58,410 nt of DNA, taken from the NCBI GenBank assembly GCA_964435965.1, contig CAYTBB010000003.1:1-58410 (forward strand), read 5' to 3'. The DNA is from an uncultured Dehalococcoidales bacterium (GTDB taxonomy: Bacteria; Chloroflexota; Dehalococcoidia; GIF9; AB-539-J10). Shown piece by piece: positions 29,993 through 40,493 of the stretch. Positions within the stretch are counted from its first letter, which is position 1. Each line of letters opens with the position of its first letter. A model generated the notes under the pieces. That model saw nothing but the letters and a program-made list of their open reading frames with translations, was not told the DNA's origin and did not search any database. Both the position numbers and the translations under genes were made by a program.

Positions 29993-31519
29993 TTACATCA
30001 CCCTTTTTAGCCTAGGGTTGGGGGTGATGCCGGGCATTCTGCCTCTTTTGGCGATGGGCTTGCCTTCTACCTCGTGAAGGTCTGCGCTGAAATCGATAGG
30101 CGCGGCATCGCTGATATAACTGCCAACAGCGAAGATATCAACGGGTGCCCTTTGGCTGATAAACTGTCTGATGCGCTCTGGATTAAATCCGCCACTGACA
30201 ACAATCTTCACCTCTTTAAATCCCTCAAGGTCTAGCCAGGCTCTCACTTCTTTGACTAAATCGGCAGTGACCCTGCCTCTTTCCGAGGGAGTGTCTAACC
30301 TTACACCTTGTAACCTTCCCTGCATTGCTTTAGCCACCGCGACACTTTCTCTAACCTCATCCTCAAAAGTATCCACCAAGGCAATACGTGGCACTTCGGG
30401 AGGCATATGCTTATCAAAGGCGAGAGTAGCTTTGGCGGTGCTGTCCAAAATAATGATGAGGGCATGAGGTATGGTGCCGATGGGTTTTATGCCAGCAAGC
30501 TTAGCGCCAACGGTACTAGCACAGCCTGTGCAGCCCCCTACGATAGCGGAGTACTCCATAACACCGACTACGGAAGGGTGGACATGACGGGCGCCAAAAC
30601 TAATAACAGGAATGCCCTGAGCAGCATCAACACATTCTCGAGCAGCAGTGGCCCAGCCACTGCAATGGGCAAGAATGCCCAGATAGGTAGTTTCATAAGT
30701 TCCATAGCTTTGGTAGGGGGCTTTTATGCGCAGGACTACTTCTTTTTTGTCAAAAGATTCGCCTTCTGCTAGTGCCCAAACTTCACGTTTATCCTCAGGA
30801 AGCACCTTTTCTAGTAGGGCTTTAACCTCTTCAATACCACAGAGGATACCTGCTTGTCTGGAGAATACCTCCATAGTGGCTACAGGATTGATACCCTCCC
30901 TTTTAAGTATCTCCACTGTGCGAGGGAAGTAAATATCGGCAGTTTCCCCGCTTAGCCAGGAGTCAGGGATTTCGAAACGAGGCTCAGGCACCTTGACTGT
31001 AGGTTTGATAAGCTTGGCACCGAGTACCCTTTCCATATAGTCCAGGGCGAAGAGATGAGCCCTATTGTCGAAGGAAGCAACACAATCGACGGGGATTTCA
31101 ACTTCGTAGCCCCTGTTTCTGGCATCAATTACTGCCTGCAGAACACAAATATGGGTGCATACACCACAGACGACTATGGTTTCGGGCTTGAGTGCCTCTA
31201 GTTTTTCCCCCAGAAGAGTATCATAGAAACTGCTAAAAGTTCTTTTTGGTATTATTTCACCAGGATATGGGGAAAGTTCGGGTATGATTTCAGCTTCAGC
31301 GGTACCTTCAATACAATGCGGCGGGAACATTCTGAATTCTGGGTCATCAGGTGCATGGTGGTCACACAGGTAGAAGATTTTCGAGTTCTGCTCTAACTCT
31401 CGCTCCAGCAGTTTCTTGACATTGGGTATGATACTTCGGGCGTCGACACCACAGTAAAGTGGATAAGCTTCCTCGAAAAACCCGCGTAACATGTCTGATA
31501 CAAGTACTACTCTAGCCAT
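29993..31519 (-). CDS. Fused nicotinamidase (PncA-like) and nicotinate phosphoribosyltransferase (PncB-like)
   Basis: N-terminal DML..F, DHH, FPPHC, GVCTHICV. C-terminal TADIYF, SFGARH, GTIPH, LVDTF, VRLDTP, VSGG. Confidence 0.9.
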   Translation of the reverse strand: MARVVLVSDMLRGFFEEAYPLYCGVDARSIIPNVKKLLERELEQNSKIFYLCDHHAPDDPEFRMFPPHCIEGTAEAEIIPELSPYPGEIIPKRTFSSFYDTLLGEKLEALKPETIVVCGVCTHICVLQAVIDARNRGYEVEIPVDCVASFDNRAHLFALDYMERVLGAKLIKPTVKVPEPRFEIPDSWLSGETADIYFPRTVEILKREGINPVATMEVFSRQAGILCGIEEVKALLEKVLPEDKREVWALAEGESFDKKEVVLRIKAPYQSYGTYETTYLGILAHCSGWATAARECVDAAQGIPVISFGARHVHPSVVGVMEYSAIVGGCTGCASTVGAKLAGIKPIGTIPHALIIILDSTAKATLAFDKHMPPEVPRIALVDTFEDEVRESVAVAKAMQGRLQGVRLDTPSERGRVTADLVKEVRAWLDLEGFKEVKIVVSGGFNPERIRQFISQRAPVDIFAVGSYISDAAPIDFSADLHEVEGKPIAKRGRMPGITPNPRLKRVM

Positions 31520-31819
31520 AGCCTAAAAACTGATTATAGGACTTCTTGCGCTTCCTGTGCAAACGGCAGTTAGTGAGAAGCTCTGCATTCCTTGCTCGTC
31601 ATCCTCTCGTAGAGAAGCTGACTTCCCGCTATCATCCACTTTCAAAGTCTCGAAGATTATCTGCGATATGTTTATTCTATTGTCTATCTGGTATGTCAAG
31701 CCGCAAATACTGCCACAGCAGGAACCACAATCAGTGGGATTGTTCAGTTTCTATCATATTTTCTAGATCGGCGATGCACTCTGCTTTCTTTCCAGCGTCA
31801 GCCCATCTTCTCCTTGAGC

Positions 31820-33343
31820 TCAGTGTCTAAAATGGCGGACATCGGTGAATACCATGGCTACATCATATTTATTGGCTACGGCGATTACCTCTTTATCCCT
31901 TACAGAGCCTCCGGGCTGGATAATGGCAGTAACTCCGTGGCTAATGGCCAATTCAGGACCATCGGCGAAGGGGAAGAAGGCATCTGAGGCGAGAACACTA
32001 TCCTTGGCTTGCTCGCCAGCTATCTTTAAAGCCAGCTCAACACTTACCACACGAGATGGCTGTCCTGCTCCCATACCTAATAATGTTTTGTCCTTAGCAA
32101 TAACTATGGCATTGGACTTTATACCTTTGACTGCTTTCCAGGCGAAAAGCAAGTCTGATAGTTCTTGCTCTGTAGGTTGGCGATTGGTAACTGTGCGAGG
32201 TTGAAGCTCTGACTCGGTGAAGAAGTCTGGTGTTTGAATCAGAAAGCCGCCTTGGACATAGCGGAAATCAAGACGCTGGTTATCTAAACTTGGCACCGGT
32301 GTTTTAACAAGTCGTAAGCTCTTTTTACGGCCTAATAGCTCTAGGGCCCCCTTTTCATATTCTGGGGCAATGATAGCATCATAATGAGTCTTGTCTATTT
32401 CTTGGGCAGTGGCTAAATCTATAACTTGGTTACTAGCAACTATGCCACCAAAGGCAGCTACAGGGTCTCCAGCCAAGGCTCTTCGGTAAGCCTCAGCTAA
32501 ATTAGCATGGCTGGCAAGCCCGCAGGAATTGGTGTGTTTCATTATGGCTACAGTGGGAGTAGCAAAGTTGCTCAGAATATTTAAGGCAGCATCAAAATCA
32601 AGAAGGTTATTGAAGGAGATTTCAGGGCCGCTAATTTTTTTTAGTGTAGCTAAGCCAGCTTGCGGTTGCCTCACATCTTGCTCTAGATAAAAGGCGGCTT
32701 TTTGGTGATGGTTCTCACCAAAACGAAGGCCATAAGCTTTCTTCAATGCTATAGTCATTTCTTCCGGGAAAGTTTCTTCGCTAAGGTATTGAGCGATAGC
32801 AGTATCATAGATAGCCACATGCTGGAAAGCTTTACGGGCTAATTTTTTTCTTTCTGCTAAATCTACGCTGCCCTGGCGCAGCTTTTGCAGAATGGGGTCG
32901 TAATCCTCAGGGTCGACAATTACCAGGACTGAGGGGAAATTCTTGGCTGCTGAGCGAATCATAGTTGGGCCACCAATATCAATGTTCTCCAACGCTTCGT
33001 CCAAAGAAACTTCGCCTCGGGTCACTGTCTCGATGAAGGGGTAAAGGTTTACTACTACTAGGTCAATAGTTTCGATGTGGCTTTTAGCCAGCTCGGCTAA
33101 GTGTTGAGGTAAATCGCGTCTTGCCAGAATGCCGCCATGGACTGCAGGGTGAAGCGTCTTTACTCTGCCATCAAGGATTTCAGGAAAGCCGGTAAGCTCC
33201 GAGACGCTGTGGACTTTTATTCTAGCCCCCTCCAGTGACTTCTTAGTGCCCCCAGTACTAAAGACCTCGATGCCTAGCTCCTGCAAACCTTGAGCGAAAT
33301 CAGCTATACCAGATTTGTTTGAAACACTTATGATTGCGCGCAC
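31820..33343 (-). CDS. purH: Bifunctional AICAR transformylase / IMP cyclohydrolase
   Basis: GRVKTLHP, IDIGGP, KSNAI, SDAFFPF, IQPGGS, RHFRH. Confidence 0.98.
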   Translation of the reverse strand: MRAIISVSNKSGIADFAQGLQELGIEVFSTGGTKKSLEGARIKVHSVSELTGFPEILDGRVKTLHPAVHGGILARRDLPQHLAELAKSHIETIDLVVVNLYPFIETVTRGEVSLDEALENIDIGGPTMIRSAAKNFPSVLVIVDPEDYDPILQKLRQGSVDLAERKKLARKAFQHVAIYDTAIAQYLSEETFPEEMTIALKKAYGLRFGENHHQKAAFYLEQDVRQPQAGLATLKKISGPEISFNNLLDFDAALNILSNFATPTVAIMKHTNSCGLASHANLAEAYRRALAGDPVAAFGGIVASNQVIDLATAQEIDKTHYDAIIAPEYEKGALELLGRKKSLRLVKTPVPSLDNQRLDFRYVQGGFLIQTPDFFTESELQPRTVTNRQPTEQELSDLLFAWKAVKGIKSNAIVIAKDKTLLGMGAGQPSRVVSVELALKIAGEQAKDSVLASDAFFPFADGPELAISHGVTAIIQPGGSVRDKEVIAVANKYDVAMVFTDVRHFRH

Positions 33344-33352
33344 AGGACCTCC

Positions 33353-34375
33353 TTAAGCTATTATTATTCTTTCCTTACCCTCTACCTTGACTACCTCACC
33401 AATAACCTTGGCTTGAGGCAAAGAAGCAGTCAGTTTGGTTACTTGCTGTGGTGAACAGACAATGGTCATGCCTATCCCCATGTTAAATACGCGATACATT
33501 TCTGTCTCGTCAATATTTCCCTGCTTCTGAATAAGTTTGAAGATAGGGGGTATATTCCAGGAACCTTTGTGCAGATGAGCTGCAAGGCCTTTAGTTAGAA
33601 TGCGGGGCACATTCCCCATAATCCCCCCACCAGTGATATGAGCTAAACCTTTAATCAAAGGTAAGATTGGTTTAAGCTCGGGATAATAGCAGCGGTGGAC
33701 TTGGAGCAATTCCTCGCCCAAGGTTTCCCCCAGCTCGGGATAAAAGTTATTTAGGCAGGAGGGGTTATCCTCTATCCCAAAGACTTTTCTCGCCAGTGAG
33801 TAGCCGTTGGTATGTAAACCAGAGGATGGCAAGCCAAGTATAATATCACCTGCGTTTATGGAACTGCCATCAATGATATTTTTTCTTTCTACCACTCCAA
33901 CAATAAAGCCAACCAAATCATAGCTCCCTTGGGAGTAAATGCCGGGCATCTCGGCAGTCTCGCCGCCGATTAAGGAGCAGCCAATTTCCTGACAAGCTTG
34001 GGCTATGCCTGTAACGACAGCCTCTATTTGCCGGGGCACAAGCTTACTCATAGCAATATAGTCGAGGAAGAAAAGTGGCGCAGCGCCGCAGCAGAGGATG
34101 TCGTTAACACAATGGTTGACGATATCCATGCCCACAGTATCATTCTTATCCAGGAGTGAAGCGATTTTAAGCTTAGTGCCTACTCCATCTACGCTGGAGA
34201 CTAAAACAGGCTCATCATATCCTTTAATTTGGAACATGCTGCCAAAGGAGCCAAAATTGAGGACTTGAGGGCGAAAGGTAGATTGGGCTTGCTTAGCGAT
34301 TAATTTTTTTATCTTATCGGCTGCCTCAATATCGACGCCGGCGAGAGCATAGGTTGGCTTACTTCTGGCTTCCAA
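33353..34375 (-). CDS. purM: AIR synthetase
   Basis: AGVDI, DGVGTK, GGETAEMPG, SSGLHTNGYSL, HITGGG, FNMGIG. Confidence 0.98.
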   Translation of the reverse strand: MEARSKPTYALAGVDIEAADKIKKLIAKQAQSTFRPQVLNFGSFGSMFQIKGYDEPVLVSSVDGVGTKLKIASLLDKNDTVGMDIVNHCVNDILCCGAAPLFFLDYIAMSKLVPRQIEAVVTGIAQACQEIGCSLIGGETAEMPGIYSQGSYDLVGFIVGVVERKNIIDGSSINAGDIILGLPSSGLHTNGYSLARKVFGIEDNPSCLNNFYPELGETLGEELLQVHRCYYPELKPILPLIKGLAHITGGGIMGNVPRILTKGLAAHLHKGSWNIPPIFKLIQKQGNIDETEMYRVFNMGIGMTIVCSPQQVTKLTASLPQAKVIGEVVKVEGKERIIIA

Positions 34376-35771
34376 TAGGTTCCTCTTCAGGCATCGTTTC
34401 CAGGGCTAGCTTATCCATTCCCATCTGCACTGGAATGGGATAGTCTCCAGTGAAGCAAGCCAGGCAAAAAATCTCTCTTGGCAGATCAACAGCTCGAATT
34501 AAGCCATCGAGGCTAAGGTAACCAAGTGAATCAGCACCGAGGTAATCCCTGATTTCCGAGGTAGTCTTCCTGGCAGCGATGAGTTCCCATTCGCTGGCCA
34601 TATCCACACCTAAGAAGCAGGGATGGCGAATAGGAGGAGCACAAATACGAAGATGCACCTCTTTAGCGCCAGCTTTCCTTAGTAAATTGACTACCCGAGG
34701 GGTGGTGGTACCGCGAACGATACTGTCATCAATGACAACCAGTCGTTTTCCAGAGATTATCCGGGAGAGGGGATTGAATTTTAACTGAACGCCAAGCTCT
34801 CTCAGCCTTTGGTCAGGCTCAATGAAGGTGCGTCCCACATAGCGGTTCTTAAGTAAGCCCTCGCAATATGGGATGCCTGAAGCTTTGGAATAGCCAATGC
34901 CAGCAGCAGTAGCTGAGTCAGGAACACCCATGACCAAATCGGCCTCAACAGGGTATTCTTGAGCTAACATTTCACCCATGGCTTGTCTTGCTGGGTAAAG
35001 TAGTTTACCTTGGATGATGCTGTCAGGGCGGGCGAAATAAATATATTCGAAAATGCATAAAGCCTTTTTATCATTCTTACCCTTAAAACTCTTTACTCCA
35101 TCGGCATTGATAACCACAATTTCCCCAGGTTTGATTTCCCTGGTGAACTGGGCGCCTATATGGTCTAGGGCACAGCTTTCCGAGGCGATTACCCAGCCGC
35201 TATCAACAGTTCCCAAACAGAGTGGGCGAACACCCATAGAGTCACGAACCCCAATGAGCTTATTCTGGGTCATGATTACCAGCGAATAAGCTCCTCGGAG
35301 GCGGTACATAGCGTGTCTAATTCTTTCCTCCCAGCTTTTGCCCGGAGAGGCTAAAATTAGGTTGGCGATGACTTCGGAATCACTGGAGGTATGGAAGCTA
35401 TAGCCATCCACGTGAAGCTCGTCACGGAGTAACTTAGCATTGAGAATATTACCATTATGCGCTAAAGCAAGGGTCAACCCTTCTGATTTCGCTATAATAG
35501 GTTGGGCATTGGCTGGTTTGCTTGAGCCTGCAGTAGAGTAGCGGTTGTGCCCAATGCCAATATATCCTTCGAGTTGAGCAAGGTCACTTTCTGTGAATGC
35601 CTGGGAAACCAGCCCCATGTTGGTGTGTATTTTTATTTCACTACCGTTGCTGACAGCAATGCCAGCGCTTTCTTGCCCGCGGTGCTGGAGAGCGAAGAGT
35701 CCGAAGAAGATGAGACGAGCTATGTCTATTCTGTGAGCATAAACTCCAAAGATGCCGCAACTCTCATGCAT
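34359..35771 (-). CDS. purF: Amidophosphoribosyltransferase
   Basis: CGIFG, QHRGQESAG, HNRYSTAG, DDSIVRGTT, CLACFTG. Confidence 0.98.
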   Translation of the reverse strand: MHESCGIFGVYAHRIDIARLIFFGLFALQHRGQESAGIAVSNGSEIKIHTNMGLVSQAFTESDLAQLEGYIGIGHNRYSTAGSSKPANAQPIIAKSEGLTLALAHNGNILNAKLLRDELHVDGYSFHTSSDSEVIANLILASPGKSWEERIRHAMYRLRGAYSLVIMTQNKLIGVRDSMGVRPLCLGTVDSGWVIASESCALDHIGAQFTREIKPGEIVVINADGVKSFKGKNDKKALCIFEYIYFARPDSIIQGKLLYPARQAMGEMLAQEYPVEADLVMGVPDSATAAGIGYSKASGIPYCEGLLKNRYVGRTFIEPDQRLRELGVQLKFNPLSRIISGKRLVVIDDSIVRGTTTPRVVNLLRKAGAKEVHLRICAPPIRHPCFLGVDMASEWELIAARKTTSEIRDYLGADSLGYLSLDGLIRAVDLPREIFCLACFTGDYPIPVQMGMDKLALETMPEEEPIGSQK

Positions 35772-35954
35772 TGAGGGTGCCTTCGTGGCAAATTATAGAC
35801 TGTTATAATCTTTTGGTCAATTTATTGCTATACTTGATAGTCTTTACTTCTTAAAAAAGGCAGGTGAGGAGAATACTACTATCTTACCTCATTCTATACA
35901 GGGATTTTCCTGCTGTGATATAATGTGCCATATTATATTAGATTGAGGTGTTAT

Positions 35955-36221
35955 ATGCTGGAAAAAGAAAAAAAAGGCGATATTTTTACACAATTTAGGC
36001 TTAGTGAGGATGATACTGGCTCGGTTGAAGTTCAGGTGGCATTGCTTACCGAAAGGATAAACCAATTGATGGAACACCTCAAGGTGCATTCCCATGATCA
36101 TCACTCGCGCCGTGCTCTTCTTAAACTGATAGGGCAGCGCAGACGACTACTGAATTACCTTAATAAGACAGACCTAGAACGATATGACTCACTTACTGCC
36201 AGATTAGGCTTGAGGAAATAA
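35955..36221 (+). CDS. rpsO: 30S ribosomal protein S15
   Basis: [32 protein letters not shown] before ATG 35955. Confidence 0.98.
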   Translation: MLEKEKKGDIFTQFRLSEDDTGSVEVQVALLTERINQLMEHLKVHSHDHHSRRALLKLIGQRRRLLNYLNKTDLERYDSLTARLGLRK

Positions 36222-36222
36222 T

Positions 36223-38424
36223 ATGTCTCAAATTTTTGAGCGCACAATAGCTGGTCGGACACTCACCATCGAAATAGGGAAACTCGCGCAGCAGGCGAAT
36301 GGTGCTGCCGTTGTCCGCTATGGGGATACAGTGGTGTTGGTCACTGCCTGTGCTGCCAATGAGCCTACAGAGAGGATGGGCTTCGTGCCCCTAACAGTGG
36401 ACTATGAAGAAAAACTCTATGCAGCTGGTAAAATACCAGGTAGTTTCTTCAGGCGAGAAGGACGCCCCACTGAGGGAGCAATTATAACCTGCCGGTTTAT
36501 CGATCGATGCTTAAGACCACTTCTTCTCAAGGAGTTTAACCACGAGATACAAATTATAGCTACGGTGCTCTCCGTCGACAAGGAAAATGACCCTGATATT
36601 TGCGCCCTCATCGGTGCCTCAGCAGCCTTAACTATATCTGACATTCCATTTTCAGGTCCGGTATCAGCAGCGCATATTGGCTACATAGATGATAATTTGG
36701 TTCTAAATCCCACTTTGCTCCAAATTGAAAATAGCTTGCTAGATGTGGTTGTTGCTAGCACTAGGCAAGATATAGTGATGGTGGAAGCAGGCGCCAAAGA
36801 GGCCCATGAGGATATAGTAGTGAAAGCAATCGAATTTGGGCATGAAGCTAACCAAGAGATAATTGAACTCCAGGAGGAGCTGCAGCAAGTTTATGGCAAA
36901 CCCAAGGTGGAAGTCAAAGTTAGAGAGGTTGCTCCTGAACTCTCAGCTCATATCTCTACTTTGCTTGGTGACAAGCTGAACGAAGCTCTAGGGCAACCAG
37001 GAAAATTAGAGCGAGAGCAAGTTTTGGCATCGCTTAGGGATGAAGCGAAACAGAAGTTAGTTGACTCTTTCTCCGAGGAAGAGGTGGGTTTTGCCTTTGA
37101 AGCCCGGCTTAAAGCAGAGATAAGGAAGAGGATTTTGCAGGGAAAACGGCATGTGGATGGCCGCCAGGCTGATGAAATTCGCCCTATCCACTGTGAAATT
37201 GGCCTTCTACCTCGTACTCACGGCTCGGGGCTATTCGCCCGGGGAGGAACACAAACTTTGACTATCACCACCCTGGGGTCGGCAAGACAGGAGCAGTTAT
37301 TGGATGGTTTAGGCTTGGCAGAAACCAAACGCTTCATGCACCATTATAATTTTCCTCCGTTCTCCTCGGGCGAGGTAAAACGAGTAGGGTCGCCAGGGAG
37401 GCGCGAAATTGGTCATGGCGCTCTAGGGGAGCGGGCTATTTTGCCAATATTACCTTCGGAAGAGGATTTCCCTTATACTATTCGTTTGGTTTCCGAAGTG
37501 CTTAGCTCTAATGGGAGCACATCTATGGCCAGTACCTGCGGTTCAACCCTTTCATTAATGGATGCTGGCGTACCTATCAAGGCACCAGTAGCTGGAATAG
37601 CCATAGGGTTGGTCACCGGGGAGAATGGGGAGCATGTTATCCTAACCGATATTGAGGGTATAGAAGATGCCTGTGGTGACATGGATTTTAAAGTTGCTGG
37701 CACCTCTGCGGGAATTACAGCCTTGCAGCTTGATATTAAAGTCAGCGGTGTGGACTCCAAAATTCTAGCTGAATCCCTAACCCAAGCTCGCCAGGCTCGC
37801 TTGGAGATATTGGACAAGATGGCACAAACTATCAGTACTAGCCGCCCTGGAATTAGCCCCTATGCTCCCAGGATACATGAGATAAACATTGATGCAAGCA
37901 AGATTGGCAATGTTATTGGCCCTGGAGGTAGAACCATAAGATCCATTACGGAGGAGACCAAAACAACTATAGACGTAAAGAGTGATGGCACGGTTATTGT
38001 TGGCTCCCCCAGTGAGGAGGCAGTCCAAAAGGCGATCAGAATGATAGAAGATTTAACCCAAGAAGTGAAACTAGGGGATATTTATACTGGGAGAGTAACG
38101 AGGCTGCTGAATTTTGGCGCCATGGTAGAAGTCCTCCCAGGCAAGGAAGGCCTAGTCCATATTAGCGAGCTTGCCGATTATCATGTAGCTAAAGTTGAAG
38201 ATGTGGTTAAAGTTGGTGAGGAAGTAATGGTCAAAGTCATTGGAATTGACGAGTTAGGCAGGATAAACTTATCACGTAAAGCAGTGTTTGAAGGATTTTC
38301 TCGCATACCTGGTGCTAAGGTGAAGGATTCCTTAGCCTCTAAGAATCATTGGCAGAGGCGGCCAAACTATCGTCATACTCCTTCGCCTAATAAAGGCGGT
38401 CGCTATACCGATTACAATAAATAA
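36223..38424 (+). CDS. pnp: Polyribonucleotide nucleotidyltransferase
   Basis: PLTVDY, RREIGHG, GDMDFKVAG, KH and S1 domains. Confidence 0.99.
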   Translation: MSQIFERTIAGRTLTIEIGKLAQQANGAAVVRYGDTVVLVTACAANEPTERMGFVPLTVDYEEKLYAAGKIPGSFFRREGRPTEGAIITCRFIDRCLRPLLLKEFNHEIQIIATVLSVDKENDPDICALIGASAALTISDIPFSGPVSAAHIGYIDDNLVLNPTLLQIENSLLDVVVASTRQDIVMVEAGAKEAHEDIVVKAIEFGHEANQEIIELQEELQQVYGKPKVEVKVREVAPELSAHISTLLGDKLNEALGQPGKLEREQVLASLRDEAKQKLVDSFSEEEVGFAFEARLKAEIRKRILQGKRHVDGRQADEIRPIHCEIGLLPRTHGSGLFARGGTQTLTITTLGSARQEQLLDGLGLAETKRFMHHYNFPPFSSGEVKRVGSPGRREIGHGALGERAILPILPSEEDFPYTIRLVSEVLSSNGSTSMASTCGSTLSLMDAGVPIKAPVAGIAIGLVTGENGEHVILTDIEGIEDACGDMDFKVAGTSAGITALQLDIKVSGVDSKILAESLTQARQARLEILDKMAQTISTSRPGISPYAPRIHEINIDASKIGNVIGPGGRTIRSITEETKTTIDVKSDGTVIVGSPSEEAVQKAIRMIEDLTQEVKLGDIYTGRVTRLLNFGAMVEVLPGKEGLVHISELADYHVAKVEDVVKVGEEVMVKVIGIDELGRINLSRKAVFEGFSRIPGAKVKDSLASKNHWQRRPNYRHTPSPNKGGRYTDYNK

Positions 38425-38452
38425 CCTATATCAGCATGTTAAGCAGTGAGAC

Positions 38453-39250
38453 ATGGAAGCCATAAGAATAGTTATCAATGGAGCTTTAGGCAAGATGGGG
38501 CGGGAGGTGACTAAAGCTGTGCTCAACGAGCCCGGGTTGGAGATAGTTGGCGCTGTGGAGGAGAAAGTAACTCAGCAGTATCTTCCTTTACCGGAGACTT
38601 CAGAGTTGATACCATTTTCCTCTGATTTAGGCTCTCTTTTGAAGAGTTGCAATCCTGCCGTATTAGTAGATTTTACCAATGCTGTAGCTTCTGTAGCAGC
38701 CGCGCGCATCGCTGTTAAGCAAGGAATTAACATGGTTATAGGTACCACAGGCCTTTCTGAGGAAAATCTGAAGGAGATTGAGCAGCTATGTCGAGCCAAT
38801 AACGTTGGTGCTGTGGTGTCACCGAATTTTTCCTTAGGAGCAGTGCTCTTGATGCATTTGGCAAAGGTTGCTGCCAAATTTTTCGATTATGCTGAGATTG
38901 TAGAAATGCACCATGATAAGAAAATTGATGCCCCTTCGGGAACTGCTATGGCTACAGCAAAAGCAATGCTACAAGCCCGTGGCAAACCTTTCATCTGCCC
39001 TAAAACCGAGAGAGAAGTAGTTAGCAGCGTCAGAGGGGGGCAAATAGAAGGTGTAGCTATCCATAGCCTGAGGTTGCCAGGATTTATGGCGGGACAAGAA
39101 GTTATCTTTAGCGGCGTAGGTCAGACCTTGAGCATACGCCATGAGACAATAAGTCGAGAATCTTATATGCCCGGCGTTATTTTGGCAATCAGAGAGGTTA
39201 CAAAGCACAAAGGGTTAATTTATGGATTGGAGGCCTTACTGAAGCTGTAG
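38453..39250 (+). CDS. dapB: 4-hydroxy-tetrahydrodipicolinate reductase
   Basis: GALGKMG, GTTG, EMHHDKKIDAPSGTA. Confidence 0.97.
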   Translation: MEAIRIVINGALGKMGREVTKAVLNEPGLEIVGAVEEKVTQQYLPLPETSELIPFSSDLGSLLKSCNPAVLVDFTNAVASVAAARIAVKQGINMVIGTTGLSEENLKEIEQLCRANNVGAVVSPNFSLGAVLLMHLAKVAAKFFDYAEIVEMHHDKKIDAPSGTAMATAKAMLQARGKPFICPKTEREVVSSVRGGQIEGVAIHSLRLPGFMAGQEVIFSGVGQTLSIRHETISRESYMPGVILAIREVTKHKGLIYGLEALLKL

Positions 39251-39260
39251 GGTTCTTTAT

Positions 39261-39381
39261 TGTCACCCTGAGCCCTTTGCTCCTTGTTTGTCATTCTGAG
39301 GGAGCGAAGCGACCGAAGAATCTCGCTCAGGGTGAACTAAGCGAAGGGTCTTGAGATTCTTTGCTTGCGCTCAGAATGACA
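39261..39381. repeat. Composite REP-like palindrome (TGTCATTCTGAG...CTCAGAATGACA)
   Basis: TCACCCTGAGC/GCTCAGGGTGA and GTCATTCTGAG/CTCAGAATGAC arms; related copy at 46168-46253. Confidence 0.85.
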
Positions 39382-39416
39382 TTTTTGAGGAGGGCGGACT
39401 GTTGCGAGGAAAGAGC

Positions 39417-40487
39417 ATGGAAGGTTTCAACGTAGCTATTGTCGGTGACACCGGGCTTGTTGAGCGAGAATTTATCAAGGTGCTTGAGCAGCGGAATTTC
39501 CCTGCAGCTTCGATTCGACTACTTGTTACCGAACGCGCTTCAGACATAAAATTCCTTTTTTCTAATCGCCAGAAAATCGAGGTTGAGGAAGCGACACAGG
39601 AGATATTTCGTAATGTTGATGTCGCTCTTTTTTCCGCTAGCGCTGATGTTAGCCGCCGCCTGTCACCTCTGGCCACTGAGGCTGGAGCGGTGGTTATTGA
39701 TAATAGCGCTGCTTTTAGAATGGCTCCCTTGGTTCCTTTGGTGGTTCCTGAAGTAAATCCTGAGGATATAGAATGGCACGAAGGGATAATCGCCAGCCCA
39801 AATTGTTCTGCAATCCAAATGGTAGTAGCTCTTTATCCCTTACACAAGGTTAATCCTATAAAACGAATCATCGTAAGCACTTATCAATCGGTATCAGACA
39901 GCGGTGCTGATGCTTTAAAGGAACTAACAAGCCAAACAAAGCTGGTTTTAGAGGGGCGTCGTGTTTGTCCTCATGTCTATTCCCATCAAATAGCCTTTAA
40001 TCTGTTACCAGAAACCGATGTCTTTTTGGATAATGGCTATACTAAAGAAGAGCAGAAGATGGTGGAAGAGACGCGGAAGATAATGCATGCTGTGGATATA
40101 GCTATTTCGGCAACCTGCGTCCGAGTCCCTGTTTACTTCGGGCATAGTGAAGCGGTGAATGTGGAATTTACTTCGCCTATCACTCCGGAAGAGGCAAGGG
40201 AAATTTTGGCTCAAGCACCTGGAGTCAGGGTTCTTGATGATCCTAGCGTTAGCTTCTACCCCCTACCTTGGGCAGCTAGTGGTTCAAATCACGTATTTGT
40301 GGGTAGAATCAGAAAGGATATTTCTCACCCCAATGGATTAGTTATGTGGGTAGTAGCTGATAATTTACGTAAAGGGGCAGCGCTGAATGCTATACAGATT
40401 GCCGAGGAAGGGATAAGAAGGGGCTGGATAGGATACAGGAAGAAGCGGAGGCGCTCCCGTGCTTCTTATCCGGCAAAGGCGGGATAG
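39417..40487 (+). CDS. asd: Aspartate-semialdehyde dehydrogenase (atypical nucleotide-binding motifs)
   Basis: DNSAAFRM, VPEVN, PNCS, CVRVPV..GHSE, DNLRKGAA. Likely ATG at 39417. Confidence 0.93.
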   Translation: MEGFNVAIVGDTGLVEREFIKVLEQRNFPAASIRLLVTERASDIKFLFSNRQKIEVEEATQEIFRNVDVALFSASADVSRRLSPLATEAGAVVIDNSAAFRMAPLVPLVVPEVNPEDIEWHEGIIASPNCSAIQMVVALYPLHKVNPIKRIIVSTYQSVSDSGADALKELTSQTKLVLEGRRVCPHVYSHQIAFNLLPETDVFLDNGYTKEEQKMVEETRKIMHAVDIAISATCVRVPVYFGHSEAVNVEFTSPITPEEAREILAQAPGVRVLDDPSVSFYPLPWAASGSNHVFVGRIRKDISHPNGLVMWVVADNLRKGAALNAIQIAEEGIRRGWIGYRKKRRRSRASYPAKAG

Positions 40488-40493
40488 CCTAAA

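Noticed and set aside
39351-39416. N-terminal extension of Asd in the ORF track
   Set aside because: It is translation of the REP-like repeat and spacer. Homology starts at about ATG 39417.
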